A stretch of DNA of 64,000 nucleotides from Anthoceros angustus (Eukaryota > Plantae > Anthocerotophyta): NCBI GenBank assembly GCA_010909165.1, contig MU008167.1, positions 1,488,001 to 1,552,000 of the forward strand. The letters are read 5' to 3'. This document shows, piece after piece, positions 36,380-50,340 of this stretch. Below the pieces are notes generated by a model. It was not told the origin of the DNA. It saw only the letters and a list, made by a program, of their open reading frames with translations, and made no database searches. A program made the translations under genes and the position numbers. Positions within the stretch are counted from its first letter, which is position 1; each line of letters starts with the position of its first letter.

Positions 36380-36640
36380 GGGTCAATGAGATGTGTGGGA
36401 GTTATTACCCGCTGCTGCTATGAGCTTGTTCTGCCCAAAAACGTTGGAGCAAGGATTTCAAAAGAGACAAGGTTTGTTGTAGACGTCCGAATATGTATCT
36501 GGCGTGGTTGTAGAGGCTGTAAGGATCATATCAGGATTGTGGCTTCCTTTTGTGAAGGCAAAATGGTAGTCCGGTCCAATCACAAACCAAGAAGAAAGGG
36601 AGACTGTTGGTTCAACTTAGTGTTTCACATTACAGTTATA
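36380..36640 (+). pseudogene. Diverged ABCB intron/exon fragment
   Basis: Aligns to about 32195-32480 (TGTGGGAGTTAT..CCCGCTGCTG, GCTGTAAGGA..TATCAGGATTGTGGCTTCC). Confidence 0.85.
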
Positions 36641-37529
36641 TGTTTGAAGAGGATCTCAACAACTCATCAAGGAAAAAGCATCGAGAGAGGTTGAGACCCG
36701 AACGTGGTCGGAGGAAGGCGTCCTCCTCCGACACAGCGCGCCGGGCGCGGCCTGGAGAGATCAACAACGACGACCACACCATCGGGCGGGAGATTCGACT
36801 TCAAATTTTAGTTGAATTCAAACAACTTGCTTTGTTAGAATATTGAATTTTTTTAATTTTATTATCCCATGTTATCTATCAGCCCACCACACTTGTTATT
36901 TATTGATGATGTATTCATTAACCTTTTACAGGTGATATATTTCTAATTACAGAAAATACTCTTATATTGGTAGATATTTTTAAAACCCGTAATTTTATTA
37001 TACATCAAAAACCACAATCTAGGCGAGAGCTATCGTTGAGGTAGAGTTACAACTTCAAAAGAGATCGAGAAAAGGAAAAGAATTCCATCATCCAGCATGC
37101 CATGCAATGGGACGTTGCCCATAGTGAGCCAATCTTGTCTTGGACTCGGCCATGTAGCCCACCTCTTGGCGTGACTATCTAATCCATAATACTCATTGCA
37201 TAATTATAGTTATTCTATATAAATTTATTATAAGAACTTTGGATTGTTATTGGTAGTAAACTTCCTAGATGAATCTTGGTTCTCTTTATCCATGTTGTAT
37301 GCATGACTTGGGTGCGTACAAGTCACGCGAGTTAAAGTAAACCCCAAGAGAAGAAGATAACTCTTTAAACTTCCAAAGATGATCAATGAAATTTATCCGC
37401 AATTATGAAAAATTATAGGATCGTCTACAGGATTGGCTTGTTCTTCATCTATGTCTTGGTATTCTTGTGGACCATAAAAACATTCTTCTTCTTCTTTTTC
37501 TATGTAATAGCTTTAAAATAATATGAATG

Positions 37530-38358
37530 ATATTCTTGTCACGAGTTGATGATAGAGAGCCGCCAGTGAAGATGTTTGATCTAGCTTCCTGTTACCAAAT
37601 TTAGATCTAGCTTCCTATTTACCAAATTTACATAAGCACTTTTACCTCTTGCTCCTTTCCCTCAAGCTCCAAACACATGCAATGCCCATTTCAAAGATGT
37701 GCAGTGTCACTTACCAGGCGCCTTATGAGCCTTCATCGCCACTCAATCGCAACTATCATGACATCCGTAACACTCTTCTCGCCTGCTCGGCATGGTTGCT
37801 CCATGTCCGCAGGAATGCGAGCTGGTCCATCACCGAGCCTTCTCCTTCTCGAACCTCTTCACTGCGCTTGAATGTTCCATCTCCCTAGCAACCATGACAA
37901 ACAAGCGAGTTGTTTCAAATTCTAATTGTTAGCGAAATGCGGTATACTGTTTTACGCATTTGGACTCCACAATTGTACCCATACTGGTCTCGAATGGAGA
38001 TCCCACTAAAAAGTTAAAACCACCTTCAAATCGATTGAAATTACATTTTCGCCAAGATCTCCGGGATGGCGTACAGATCTGTCTTGTGGAACTCTTGCAT
38101 TGGCTGGAATAGCGTTGCTTGTCGAGTTCTGGTCCCGATCACTACTTGTTTTCCTTTAGTAAATCGTTCTTGATTTCTTTTGGGACCAGGACACATTTCC
38201 TAACACCACCGCTGCGCTCATTTCACCATCAAATGGGTCCTAATCGTCCTGCTCCCCCAATCGCACTCCACAATACTTGCATACCATATTTGTGTTTCTC
38301 TTTTGTTGGTTCCCAACAATATAAACATGTTCCCATTCCAAACCCTTAACTCTCGGCA
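37530..38358 (-). pseudogene. Older, truncated BED-BTB copy (duplicate at about 46810-47897)
   Basis: Diverged BED exon and BTB exon 2 with many indels; BTB exon 3 cut after about 50 nt. Confidence 0.85.
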
Positions 38359-39779
38359 TCTTGAAAAGACTAGGTAGCTATCCTCAGAGAAAATATAGAG
38401 CTAACTTGTAAAGACTAGGTAGCTATCCTCAAAGAACCTATAGAGCTAACCTTTGAAAAGCTAGCTTAATGCAAAAGGAAAGAAGTAGTGAGCATATACA
38501 TTTATTTTGATGTATTGGATCCTCATATATAGTCTTGGGATGTTCTTAAAATAATCTTTGACCTTTATCTCGCTCATAAACACCCTCACATTAAGGTTCA
38601 AACCTATTATTGAATTTATTTTGAAGCTAGATATTATTAAAAATTAAATACATATCCTATGTAGGAATATGTATACTATGCATCCTGTATTTTATGTATG
38701 CTTGGCTGCTCAAAATTTGGAAACAACAAATGTACCTCCTCTTTCCTCCTTTAGCTAAGTCCACCTTGATGTCAAAATGAAAGTGTTCCCGCCATGGTAT
38801 GTATGTAAGTGTTTGTCTAATCTCCTGTTCAGTTACACACCTACCAAAAAGTAGATAGGTACTCACTCCCACATGTTATATTGGAAATATTTTGGTATGT
38901 AACAATGAATATGGTAAACTAATACGTACATGTACATATAAAGATATTTTAATACAGCTATTAGTTATACATGCATATATATCATAAGTGCATGAAAATT
39001 TACATATACATTTTTTATGTGTAAAAGAGATTTTTATTTATATATAGATTTTTTGTATTTTGTGAGCTTGAGTCTTGTTGTCATCCAAGTTGCTTCTTAG
39101 TTCTTCTTCCTTTAGAGGCTTGTAAGTAGGCATGTACTTTTTGCATTAGTACTGGGCTCCGCAAGAGATCCAATGGGAGTTCCGATATGTAGCTGTGGAA
39201 TGCTAGGCATGTGGAGATAAAATGGTGTTCAGTCTTCAATCTTCTCAATGGAGAGATCCAATGGGAGTTCCTATATGTAGCTATGGAATGCTAGGCATGT
39301 GAAGATAAAATGGTGTTCAAGTCTTCAATCTCCTTAATGGAATGTTGTTGACAGACTCGTAGAACTCGCTACTTGTGTTTCTTTTGAGTTTCGACTTCTA
39401 GCTTATGGTCTCTGCATCGAAATTTTATTACGAGTTGTTGGCCATTGTGTTTGTAGGCTCCGTGTTGAGTATCATTGTATGTTGTTATCTTCATTACTAT
39501 AGAAGCCATTAATATGTGGATATTGATGATTGCCATTACATATATGTAGATACCGATGATCGCCATTACTTATACGTGGATACGATGATCGGCATTCTAC
39601 GTGGATAGATCGCCATTACGTATAAGCGGAAGCGGATGATCGCCTATGTGGATACTAATGATCGGATGGCCCAGGGTTTGGGTGCATGGCACAGGCCTTT
39701 TCTTTTGGATTCTGTATTTTTCCAGAAATTATTATATATAATAATTGAAAAATTGGCTCCGTTTCTTGGGGTCGATGAG

Positions 39780-40090
39780 ATGTGTGGAGTCATCACCCGC
39801 TGCTGCCATGAGCTTGTTCTGCTCAAAAACGTTGCAGCAAGGATTTCAAAAGAGCTGGGTTTGCCGTAGACGTGCGAACAAGTAACTGGCGTGGCTGTAG
39901 GGCTGTAAGGATCATATCAGGATTGTGGCGTCCTTTTGTGGGAAGGCAAAATGGTAGTCCTGTCCAATCACAAACCAAGAAGAAAGGGAGACTTGTTGGT
40001 TAGTGTTTCACAGTACACTAATATGTTTGCAGCAAATGCCTTAGCACTGTGGTATGCATCAGTATTGGTGAAACAGAGGCCTGCAGCTTT
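39780..40090 (+). pseudogene. ABCB fragment ending at the duplication junction
   Basis: ...[23 protein letters not shown] then switches at TGCAGCTTT into the NBD1 signature exon. Confidence 0.85.
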
Positions 40091-42707
40091 CAGGTGGTCA
40101 GAAACAAAGAATTGCTGTCGCAAGGGCAGTTATCAAGAACCCAGCAATCCTGCTTTTAGATGAGGCTACAAGTGCGCTAGATGCAGAATTACAGATGGCT
40201 GTGCAAGACGGTTTGGACATGCTTATGCTGAATCGTACCACAATCACTGTCGCTCATCGTCTCTCGACTATAAAAGACGCTGACAAGATTCTAGTGCTCA
40301 GGAACGGCCGAATCGCTGAAGTGGGTACTCACAGGGATCTACTTCTGAAAGGCAATGATGGAATCTACTCTTCTCTGGTCCGCCTGCAGCAGGCTGCCGA
40401 GGGAGGCAAGGGACAAGCAATTGAGAGGTGAACTACCCGTATGGCCTGCCACAGTCTCTCTTGAGAACTTGATAACACAGTTGCAGAATGATGCTAACAG
40501 CTCATCCTTTGAATGCAGGGCTGCCGCCAGATCACCTGCTGCGTGGTCTGAGCGGGACGCTGGGACTCTGTCAAAATCAGGCATGGGGTTCTTTTGACAG
40601 CAACGAAATGCTTGGTCCATGCTCCACATCTGAGTATGGCACTCCTTCTTCCAGTTTGGGAACGAGCACTTCATCCAGAAGATCACCTACCTGTGGAACA
40701 CCGCAGGGCTCACCTAACAAATCAGGTGAGCCCAAATCCTTTGAGGACCCAGACCAAGTCATGAAACCTCAGGTACAGGGCCCTACAGACCACAGAGCAT
40801 CCGTCCTGTGGTACATCGGGAAATCTATCCTTTCAGATGGGCTGTCCGTCCTAGCTGGAAGTGCAGGTGCAGTGGTTTCTGGAACATTGAATCCACTTTT
40901 TGCTTACCTGATGATCAGAGCTGTCGCGCACTACTACAGCCCCAACCAGAGACGGCAGGCTGATATCTCAAGCCTTGCTATCACCGGTTTGGGAATTGTG
41001 GCTATTGTTAGCAACGTAGTGCAGCATTTTTCTTTGCAGTGGTAGGAGAGACACTGAGCCAGCGGATGCGAGAAAGGAGTTTTGAGGGTGAGATTACCTA
41101 CTCCTTCGCTCGTTTCTAGAGATTTTTAACAGAATTGTTGGCTTGCCAGCTGATACCTGATGCAATGCAGGGATTATGAGGAATGAAGTCAGGTGGTTTG
41201 ATCGGGAAGATCGTGCAAGCTCCATGATCACATCCCGAATAACGTCCAATGCATTACTCCTGAGGAACAGTGTGGTGGATCGTTTTCCATCCTTCATCCA
41301 GTGTGTGGCAGCCATCGTTGTGGCCTTGTCAATCAGCTTCACCCTACAGTGGCGGATGGCGATTGTGTGTGTGGCAACCTTTCCGGTCGTCATGGCAGGT
41401 GGTTCTATCAAGGTATGGCGACCTCCTGCAGCTTCAGTTTTTGCTGTGGGAGTTATCACCCGCTGCTGACATGAGCTTCTTCTTCTGTTCAAAACATTGC
41501 AGCAAGGATTCCAAAAGACTGGGTTTGCTGGAGACCTACGGAAATCTCTTGAACAAGTAACTGGCGTGGCTGCAGAGGCTGTAAGGAATATCAGGATTGT
41601 GGCTTCCTTCGGTGCGGAAGGCAAATTGGTAGTCATGTTCCAATCACATCTGAAGAAGCACGAAAAGATCATATTCAAGCAAGCTCAGAAAGGAGGACTG
41701 TTGTTTGGTGTTTCACAGTGCAGTATGTTTGCAGCAAACGCCTTAGCACTGTGGTATGCATCAGTATTGGTGAAACAGAGGCATGCAACTTTTTGCTGCT
41801 GCCCTGCAGACGTTTCAAGTTCTTGCATGGACAGGCTACTTCCTTGCCGAGCTGATAGTCTAGTCCCTGACCTGGTGAAAGGGCACAAAGCGGCTTGTAT
41901 TATGTTTACAGACATCAATCAGGAATCACAGATTGAGCCTGAGAGAGCGGATGGGCAGCAGCTAAAGGTCGTGGAGGGCGAAGTTGATCTTGACAGGGTG
42001 ACATTCTGCTTCCCTCCAGACCAGAGATCACCGTTCTTAGCAATGTGACTATCAACATTCCTGCAGGAATCACTCAGGCCCTGGTTGGGAGCAGTGGGTT
42101 GGGTAAGAGCACCATCATAGCGCTAATTGAGCGCTTCTATGACCCAGCTGGGGTAGAGTTTTGCTAGACGGACTTGACATCATAAGGCTGAATCTACGCT
42201 CTATGAGAAAGCACATCGGTTTGGTGCAGCAGGAGCCTCTGTTATTCTCCACCACTATCAGAGACAACATTCTGTATGGAATGAGAAGGCATCAGAAGCC
42301 GAAATCGTAGAGGCAGCGAAGGCTGCAAATGCCTATGCTTTCATCAGCTCATTGCCGAAGGGATTCGATACGGAGGTGGGGAAATGGGGTGCAACTGTCA
42401 GGGGCAGAAGCAGAGGGTGGCCATTGCTAGAGCCGTGCTCAAGAACCCAGAAATTATGCTGCTCGATGAAGCAACCAGTGCCCTGGACTCCGAGTCTGAG
42501 AGGTTGGTCCAAAAAGCATTGGACAACATCATGCACGGTAATCGCACAACAATCGTCATAGCGCACCGACTCAACACTGTTAGGAACGCGGACAAAATCT
42601 CTGTACTGGTCGACGGGAAGGTCGTCGAGGAGGGAAAGCATCAGTTTCTGGTTAGGACGGGAGGTGTGTACTCAAAGTTGCTGGAGCTTCAAAGCCTGGG
42701 ACTATGA
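40081..42707 (+). pseudogene. 5'-truncated duplicate of the ABCB 3' half
   Basis: Near-identical to 30828-33464; starts mid-NBD1; several single-base indels. Confidence 0.85.
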
Positions 42708-42877
42708 AATTGTGGGCTGTTCATGTACCATATATCTCTAGGACAAGTGCTAGCAAGCCAGTCCGTGAGGAGGAGAAGTACTCTGGCTTTCCTCGTATCA
42801 ACTATCATCGAAAAGGATGACGGAAATACATCACCTAGGACATGCATCTTGTCTGGAAACCACTAGCCGCACCATGA

Positions 42878-44154
42878 CTACATCTCCACTATAGCCTGCA
42901 TTCCTTCCGCATTCATGCGCCACACTTCCTCACAGAGCTGGGTAGCCATCACCAAATCCTTAATTTTAAGTTTGAGGTAAGCAGGTGCTTCAAAGAAGTC
43001 CTGGTGATTCCGTATTATGTCCAGAAGTAGAGACTCCTTCAGGTTTTCCCACCCAGCATTCCTCGAGGTAACCTCGTACCCAGAAATGAGATTAGCAATG
43101 TTAAGCTTGAATTGGTCGTTGTATGCTCGACAGACCTTGCCCATATACTCGACGTGGTACATCTCTGATGCCCAAAGTAGCTCCAGGAGTGATACGCTAA
43201 ATCCGCCTTCTCCAGCGACCCTGTGTAGAGAAACTTGACAAAGCTTGCACTGCCTGTGAAGAGACGTCCATGTAAATTGATGGCTGCTCCCCACATTCTT
43301 GTCACGAGCTGCTGACACAGAGCCGCCACTGAAGATGTTCGATCTAGCTTCCTGTTTACCAAATTTACATGAGCACTTTTACCTCTTGCTCCTTTCCCTC
43401 AAGCTCCAAGCACATACAATGCCCATTTCAGCAGGTGCACAGGGCTGTCAGCTTACCAGGACTGCCTTATGAGCCTTCACCGCCACTCCGTCAACTGCAA
43501 CTATCTTGACATCCGTAACACTCTTCTGCCCGTCTGTGGCTGGAAAGTTGCTCCATGTCTGCAGGAATGCGAGCTGGTCCATCAGCTGAGCCTTCTCCTT
43601 CTCGAGCCTCTTCACCTGCGCTTCCAGGAATGTTCCATCTCCCTAGCAACCATGACAGCAAACAAGCGAGTTGTTTCAGCCCCAATTCCAATTGTTAAGC
43701 AGAAATGCAGGTCTATCCGTTTCTGCATTTGGACTCCAGAATTGTACCCATACTCTGGGTCTCTGAATGGAGATCCTGCACTAAAAAAGTTAAAAACCAC
43801 CTTCAAATCCTGATTGAAATTCTGTTGCTCTGCCAGTATCTTTGGGATGGCGTACACAGATCTGTCTTGTGGAACTCTTGCATTGGCTGGAGTAGCACTT
43901 GTTTGTCTAGTTCCTGGTCCCGCAGTCACTACTTGTTTTCCTTTAGTAAATCTTTCTTCGATTTCTTTTGGGACCAGGACACATTTCCTAACACCACCAC
44001 CTGCGCTCATTTCACCAGTCAAATGGGTCCTAATGCGTCCTGCTCCCCCACTGAACTGCACTCCACAATACTTGCATACCATATTTGTGTTTCTCTTTTG
44101 TTGGTTCCCAACAATATAAACATGTTCCCATTCCAAACCCTTAACTCTCGGCAT
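42878..44154 (-). CDS. Candidate BED zinc finger + BTB gene, copy 2
   Basis: Open BED ORF MPRVKGLEWEHV...VCKYCGVQFSGGAGRIRTHLTG...VRKC; BTB exon 3 has homopolymer frameshifts in this copy. Confidence 0.55.
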
Positions 44155-47100
44155 CTTGACAAGACTAGGTAGCTATCCTAAGAGAAAATATAGAGCTAAC
44201 TTGTAAAGACTAGATACCTATCCTCAAAGAACATATGGAGCTAACCTATGAAAAGCTAGCTTAATGCAAAAGGAAAGAAGTAGTGAGCATATACATTTAT
44301 TTTGATGCATTGGATCCTCATATATAGTCTTGGGCTTAACAGCTTGTCGATGTTCTTAAAATAATCTTTGACCTTCATCTCGCTCATAAACACCCTCACC
44401 TTAAGGTTTAAAACCTATTATTGAATTTATTTTGAAGCTAGATATTATTAAAATTAAATACATATCCTCGTAGGAATATGTATATTATGCATCCTATATT
44501 TTATGTATGCTTGGCTGCTCAAAATTTGAAAACAACAAATGTACCTCCTCTTTCCTCCTATAGCTAAGTCCATCTTGATGGCAAATTGAAAGTGTTCCCA
44601 CCATGGTATGTAAGTGTTTGTCTAATCTCCTGTTCAGTGACACACCTCCCAGGAAAGTAGGTAGGTACTCACTCCCGCACTCATGTTATATTAGAATATT
44701 TTGCTATGTAACGGTGAATATGGTGAACTAATCCGTACATGTACATATAAAGATATTTCAATACAGCTATTAATTATGCATGCATATATATCATAAGTGC
44801 ATGAAAATTTTCATTTACATTTTTTATGTGTAAAAGAGATTTTTATTTAAATATAGATTTTTTGTATTTTGTGAGCGTGAGTCTTGTTGTCGTCCAAGTT
44901 GGTGCTTAGTTCTTCTTCCTTTAGTGGCTTGTAAGTAGGCTGCGAAGGTTTTGGGTACTTTTTGCATTAGTTGGCTCTGTAGGAGATCCAGAGGGAGTTT
45001 CGATATGTAGCTGTGGAGTACCAGGCATGTGAAGATGAAATGGTGTTCATTCTTCAATCTCCCCTGTGGAGTACCAGGCATGTGAAGATGAAATGGTGTT
45101 CATTCTTCAATCTCCCCGAATGGAACGTTGTTGACAGACTCGTAGAACTCACTAATTGTGTTTCCTTTGAGTTTCTACCTCTAGCTTTGTCATGAGTTGT
45201 TGGCCATTGTGTTTGCAGGCTCAGTGTTGAGTATAATTGTATGTTGTTATCTTCGTTAGTATGGAAGCTATTAGTATGTGGATAGTGATGATCGCCATTA
45301 CATATATGTAGATACCGATGATCGTCATTACTTATACGTGGATACGATGATCGACATTCTACATGGATAGATCGCCATTACGTATATGTAGAAACCGACT
45401 TATACGTGGATACAATGATCGACATTCTACATGGATAGATCGCCATTACGTATATGTGGAAACCGATGATCGTCTATGTGGATACTCATGATCGGATGGC
45501 CCAGGGTGGATACTAATGATCGGATGGCCCAGGGTTTGGTGCGCGGCACAGACCTTTGCTTTGGATTCTGGATTTTTTCACAAATTATTCTATATAATAA
45601 TTTCAAAATATTGGCTCCCGTTCTTGGGGGTCAATGAGATGTGGGAGTTATTACCACGCTATGAGCTTGTTCGCCTTAAAAGCGTTGGAGCAAGGATTTC
45701 AAAAGAGACAAGGTTTGTTGTAGACGTCCGAATATGTATCTGGCGTGGTTGTAGAGGCTGTAAGGATCATATCAGGATTGTGGCTTCCTTTTGTGAAGGC
45801 AAAATGGTAGTCCGGTCCAATCACAAACCAAGAAGAAAGGGAGACTGTTGGTTCAACTTAGTGTTTCACATTACAGTCATATGTTTGAAGAGGGATCTCA
45901 ACAACTCATCAAGGAAAAACAGACCGAGAGCGAGAGGTTGAGACCCTGGAACGTAACGTGGTCGGAGGAAGAACGTCCTCCTCCGACACAATCTAGCGCC
46001 GTGCTATCACGGGCTGCGGAGAGATCAACAACGACTGACCACACCATCTCGATCCGGAGATTCGACTTCAAAATGTTTTTAGTTGAATTCAAACAACTTG
46101 CTTTGTTAGAATATTGAATTTTTAATTTATTATCCCATGTTATCTATCAGCCCACCACACTTGTTATTTATTGATGATGTATTCATTAACCTTTTACAGT
46201 GATATATTTCTAATTACAGAAAATACTCTTATATTGGTAGATATTTTTAAAACCCGTAATTTATTATACATCAAAACCACAATCTAGGCGAGCTATCGTT
46301 GAGGTAGAGTTACAACTTCAAAAGAGATCGAGAAAAGGAAAAGAATTCCATCATCCGACATGCCATGCAATGGGGCGTTGCCCATAGTGAGCCAATCTTG
46401 TCTTGGACTCGGCCATGTAGCCCACCTCTTGGCGTGACTATCTAATCCATAATACTCATTGCATAATTATAGTTATTCTATATAAATTTATTATAAGAAC
46501 TTTGGATTGTTATTGGTAGTAAACTTCCTAGATGAATCTTGGTTCTCTTTATCCATGTTGTATGCATGACTTGGGTGCGTACAAGTACGCAGTAGTTAAA
46601 GTAAACCCCCAAGAGAAGAAGATAACTCTTTAAACTTCCAAAGATGATCAATGAAATTTATCCGCAATTATGAAAAATTATAGGATCGTCTACAGGATTG
46701 GCTTGTTCTTCATCTATGTCTTGGTATTCTTGTGGACCATAAAAACATTCTTCTTCTTCTTTTTCTATGTAATAGCTTTAAAATAATATGAATGATATTC
46801 TTGTCACGAGTTGATGATAGAGAGCCCATGAAGATGTTTGATCTAGCTTCCTGTTACCAAATTTAGATCTAGCTTCCTATTTACCAAATTTACATAAGCA
46901 CTTTTACCTCTTGCTCCTTTCCTCAAGCTCCAAACACATGCAATGCCCATTTCAGATGTGCAGTGTCGACTTACCAGGGGCGCCTTATGAGCCTTCATCG
47001 CCACTCATCAATCGCAACTATCATGACATCCGTAACACTCTCTTACTGCGTGGTGGATAGTTGCTCCATGTCTGCAGGAATGCGAGCTGGTCCATCACCG

Positions 47101-49309
47101 AGCCTTCTCCTTCTCGAACCTCTTCACTGCGCTTGAATGTTCCATCTCCCTAGCAACCATGACAAACAAGCGAGTTGTTTAAATTCTAATTGTTAGCGAA
47201 ATGCGGTATACTGTTTACGCATTTGGACTCCACAATTGTACCCATACTCGGGTCTCGAATGGAGATCACACTAAAAAGTTAAAACCACCTTCAAATCTGA
47301 TTGAAATTACATTTGCTCTGCGGTATCTACGGGATGGCGTACAGATCTGTCTTGTGGAACTCTTGCATTGGCTGGAATAGCGTTGCTTGTCGAGTTCTGG
47401 TCCCATGATCACTACTTGTTTTCCTTTAGTAAATCGTTCTTGATTTCTTTTGGGACCAGGACACATTTCCTAACACCACCGCTGCGCTCATTTCACCAGT
47501 CAAAATGGGTCCTAATCGTCTGCTCCCCCATACTCGGGTCTCGAATGGAGATCACACTAAAAAGTTAAAACCACCTTCAAATCTGATTGAAATTACATTT
47601 GTGTGCCTTCTTCAGGCATGTGCAGGTCATCTTGTGGAACTCTTGCATTGGCTGGAATAGCGTTGCTTGTCGAGTTCTGGTCCCATGATCACTACTTGTT
47701 TTCCTTTAGTAAATCGTTCTTGATTTCTTTTGGGACCAGGACACATTTCCTAACACCACCGCTGCGCTCATTTCATCAATGGGTCCTAATCGTCTGCTCC
47801 CCAGTGCACTCCACAATACTTGCATACCATATTTGTGTTTCTCTTTGTTGGTTCCCAACAATATAAACATGTTCCCATTCCAAACCCTTAACTCTCGGCA
47901 TCTTGAAAAGACTAGGTAGCTATCCTCGGAGAAAATATAGAGCTAACATAAAGACTAGGTAGCTATCCTCAAAGAACCTATAGAGCTAACCTTTGAAAAG
48001 CTAGCTTAATGCAAAAGGAAGAAGTAGTGAGCATATACATTTATTTGATGTATTGGATCCTCATATATAGTCTTGGGATGTTCTTAAAATAATCTTTGAC
48101 CTTTATCTCGCTCATAAACACCCTCACATTAAGGTTCAAACCTATTATTGAATTTATTTTGAAGCTAGATATTATTAAAAATTAAATACATATCCTATGT
48201 AGGAATATGTATACTATGCATCCTGTATTTTATGTATGCTTGGCTGCTCAAAATTTGGAAACAACAAATGTACCTCCTCTTTCCTCCTTTAGCTAAGTCC
48301 ACCTTGATGTCAAAATGAAAGTGTTCCCGCCATGGTATGTATGTAAGTGTTTGTCTAATCTCTGATTACACCTACCAAAAAGTAGATAGGTACTCACTCC
48401 CACATGTTATATTGGAAATATTTTGGTATGTAACAATGAATATGGTAAACTAATACGTACATGTACATATAAAGATATTTTAATACAGCTATTAGTTATA
48501 CATGCATATATATCATAAGTGCATGAAAATTTACATATACATTTTTTATGTGTAAAAGAGATTTTTATTTATATATAGATTTTTTGTATTTTGTGAGCTT
48601 GAGTCTTGTTGTCATCCAAGTTGCTTCTTAGTTCTTCTTCCTTTAGAGGCTTGTAAGTAGGCATGTACTTTTTGCATTAATCTTGGGCTCATAGAGATCA
48701 ATGGGAGTTCTATATGTAGCTATGGAATGCTAGGCATGTGGAGATAAAATGGTGTTCGATCTTCAATCTTCTCAATGGAGAGATCCAATGGGAGTTCTAT
48801 ATGTAGCTATGGAATGCTAGGCATGTGAAGATAAAATGGTGTTCAAGTCTTCAATCTCCTTAATGGAATGTTGTTGTGAGACTCGTAGAACTCGCTACTT
48901 GTGTTTCTTTTGAGTTTCGACTTCTAGCTTATGGTCTCGCATCGAAATTTTATTACGAGTTGTTGGCCATTGTGTTTGTAGGCTCCGTGTTGAGTATCAT
49001 TGTATGTTGTTATCTTCATTACTATAGAAGCCATTAATATGTGGATATTGATGATTGCCATTACATATATGTAGATACCGATGATCGCCATTACTTATAC
49101 GTGGATACGATGATCGGCATTCTACGTGGATAGATCGCCATTACGTATAAGCGGAAACAGATGATCGCCTATGTGGATACTAATGATCGGATGGCCCAGG
49201 GTTTGGGTGCATGGCACAGGCCTTTTCTTTGGATTCTGTATTTTTCCAGAAATTATTATATATAATAATTGAAAAAATTGGCTCCCGTTTCTTGGGGGTC
49301 GATGAGATG

Positions 49310-50210
49310 TGTGGGAGTCATCACCCGCTGCTGCCATGAGCTTGTTCTGCTCAAAAACGTTGCAGCAAGGATTTCAAAAGAGCTGGGTTTGCCGTAGACG
49401 TGCGAACAAGTAACTGGCGTGGCTGTAGGGGCTGTAAGGATCATATCAGGATTGTGGCGTCCTTTTGTGGGGAAGGCAAAATGGTAGTCCTGTCCAATCA
49501 CAAACCAAGAAGAAAGGGAGACTTGTTGGTTAGTGTTTCACAGTACACTAATATGTTTGCAGCAAATGCCTTAGCACTGTGGTATGCATCAGTATTGGTG
49601 AAACAGAGGCCTGCAGCTTTTGCTGCTGCCCTGCAGACGTTTCAAGTTCTTGCATGGACAGGCTACTTCCTTGCCGAGCTGATAGTCTAGTCCCTGACCT
49701 GGTGAAAGGGCACAAAGCGGCTTGTATTATGTTTACAGACATCAATCGGGAATCACAGATTGAGCCTGAGAGAGCGGATGGGCAGCAGCTAAAGGTCGTG
49801 GAGGGCGAAGTTGATCTTGACAGGGTGACATTCTGCTTCCCCTCCAGACCAGAGATCACCGTTCTTAGCAATGTGACTATCAACATTCCTGCGGGAATCA
49901 CTCAGGCCCTGGTTGGGAGCAGTGGGTTGGGTAAGAGCACCATCATAGCGCTAATTGAGCGCTTCTATGACCCAGCTGGGGGTAGAGTTTTGCTAGACGG
50001 ACTTGACATCATAAGGCTGAATCTACGCTCTATGAGAAAGCACATCGGTTTGGTGCCTGTCAGAGACAACATTCTGTATGGGACTGAGAAGACATCAGAG
50101 GCCGAAATCGTAGAGGCAGCTAAGGCTGCAAATGCCTATGCTTTCATCAGCTCATTGCCGAAGGGATTCGATACGGAAGTGGGAGAAAATGGGGTGCAAC
50201 TCTCAGGGGG
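49310..50210 (+). pseudogene. Third ABCB fragment (end of TMD2 + partial NBD2)
   Basis: Walker A reads GSSGLGKST; Q-loop segment deleted in frame (HIGLVPVRDN); truncated after LSGG. Confidence 0.85.
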
Positions 50211-50340
50211 GTTCAGAGATTTCTCCACAAATATCAGAGACCAAATTCAGTGTTTGAAAATGAGAAGGCAACAAGTACATGATCGATCACCCTTTTCGAT
50301 ATCGAAAAGGGTGATGAAAATTCATCACCTGGGAAATGCA

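Larger units (their letters stand above)
30828..49620. repeat. Tandem segmental duplication: about 30828-40090 and 40081-49620
   Basis: Offset 9253 bp at [10 protein letters not shown] (30942 vs 40195); same module order in both copies; the second copy has an extra ~290-bp internal duplication near 47530; most differences are homopolymer indels. Confidence 0.95.
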
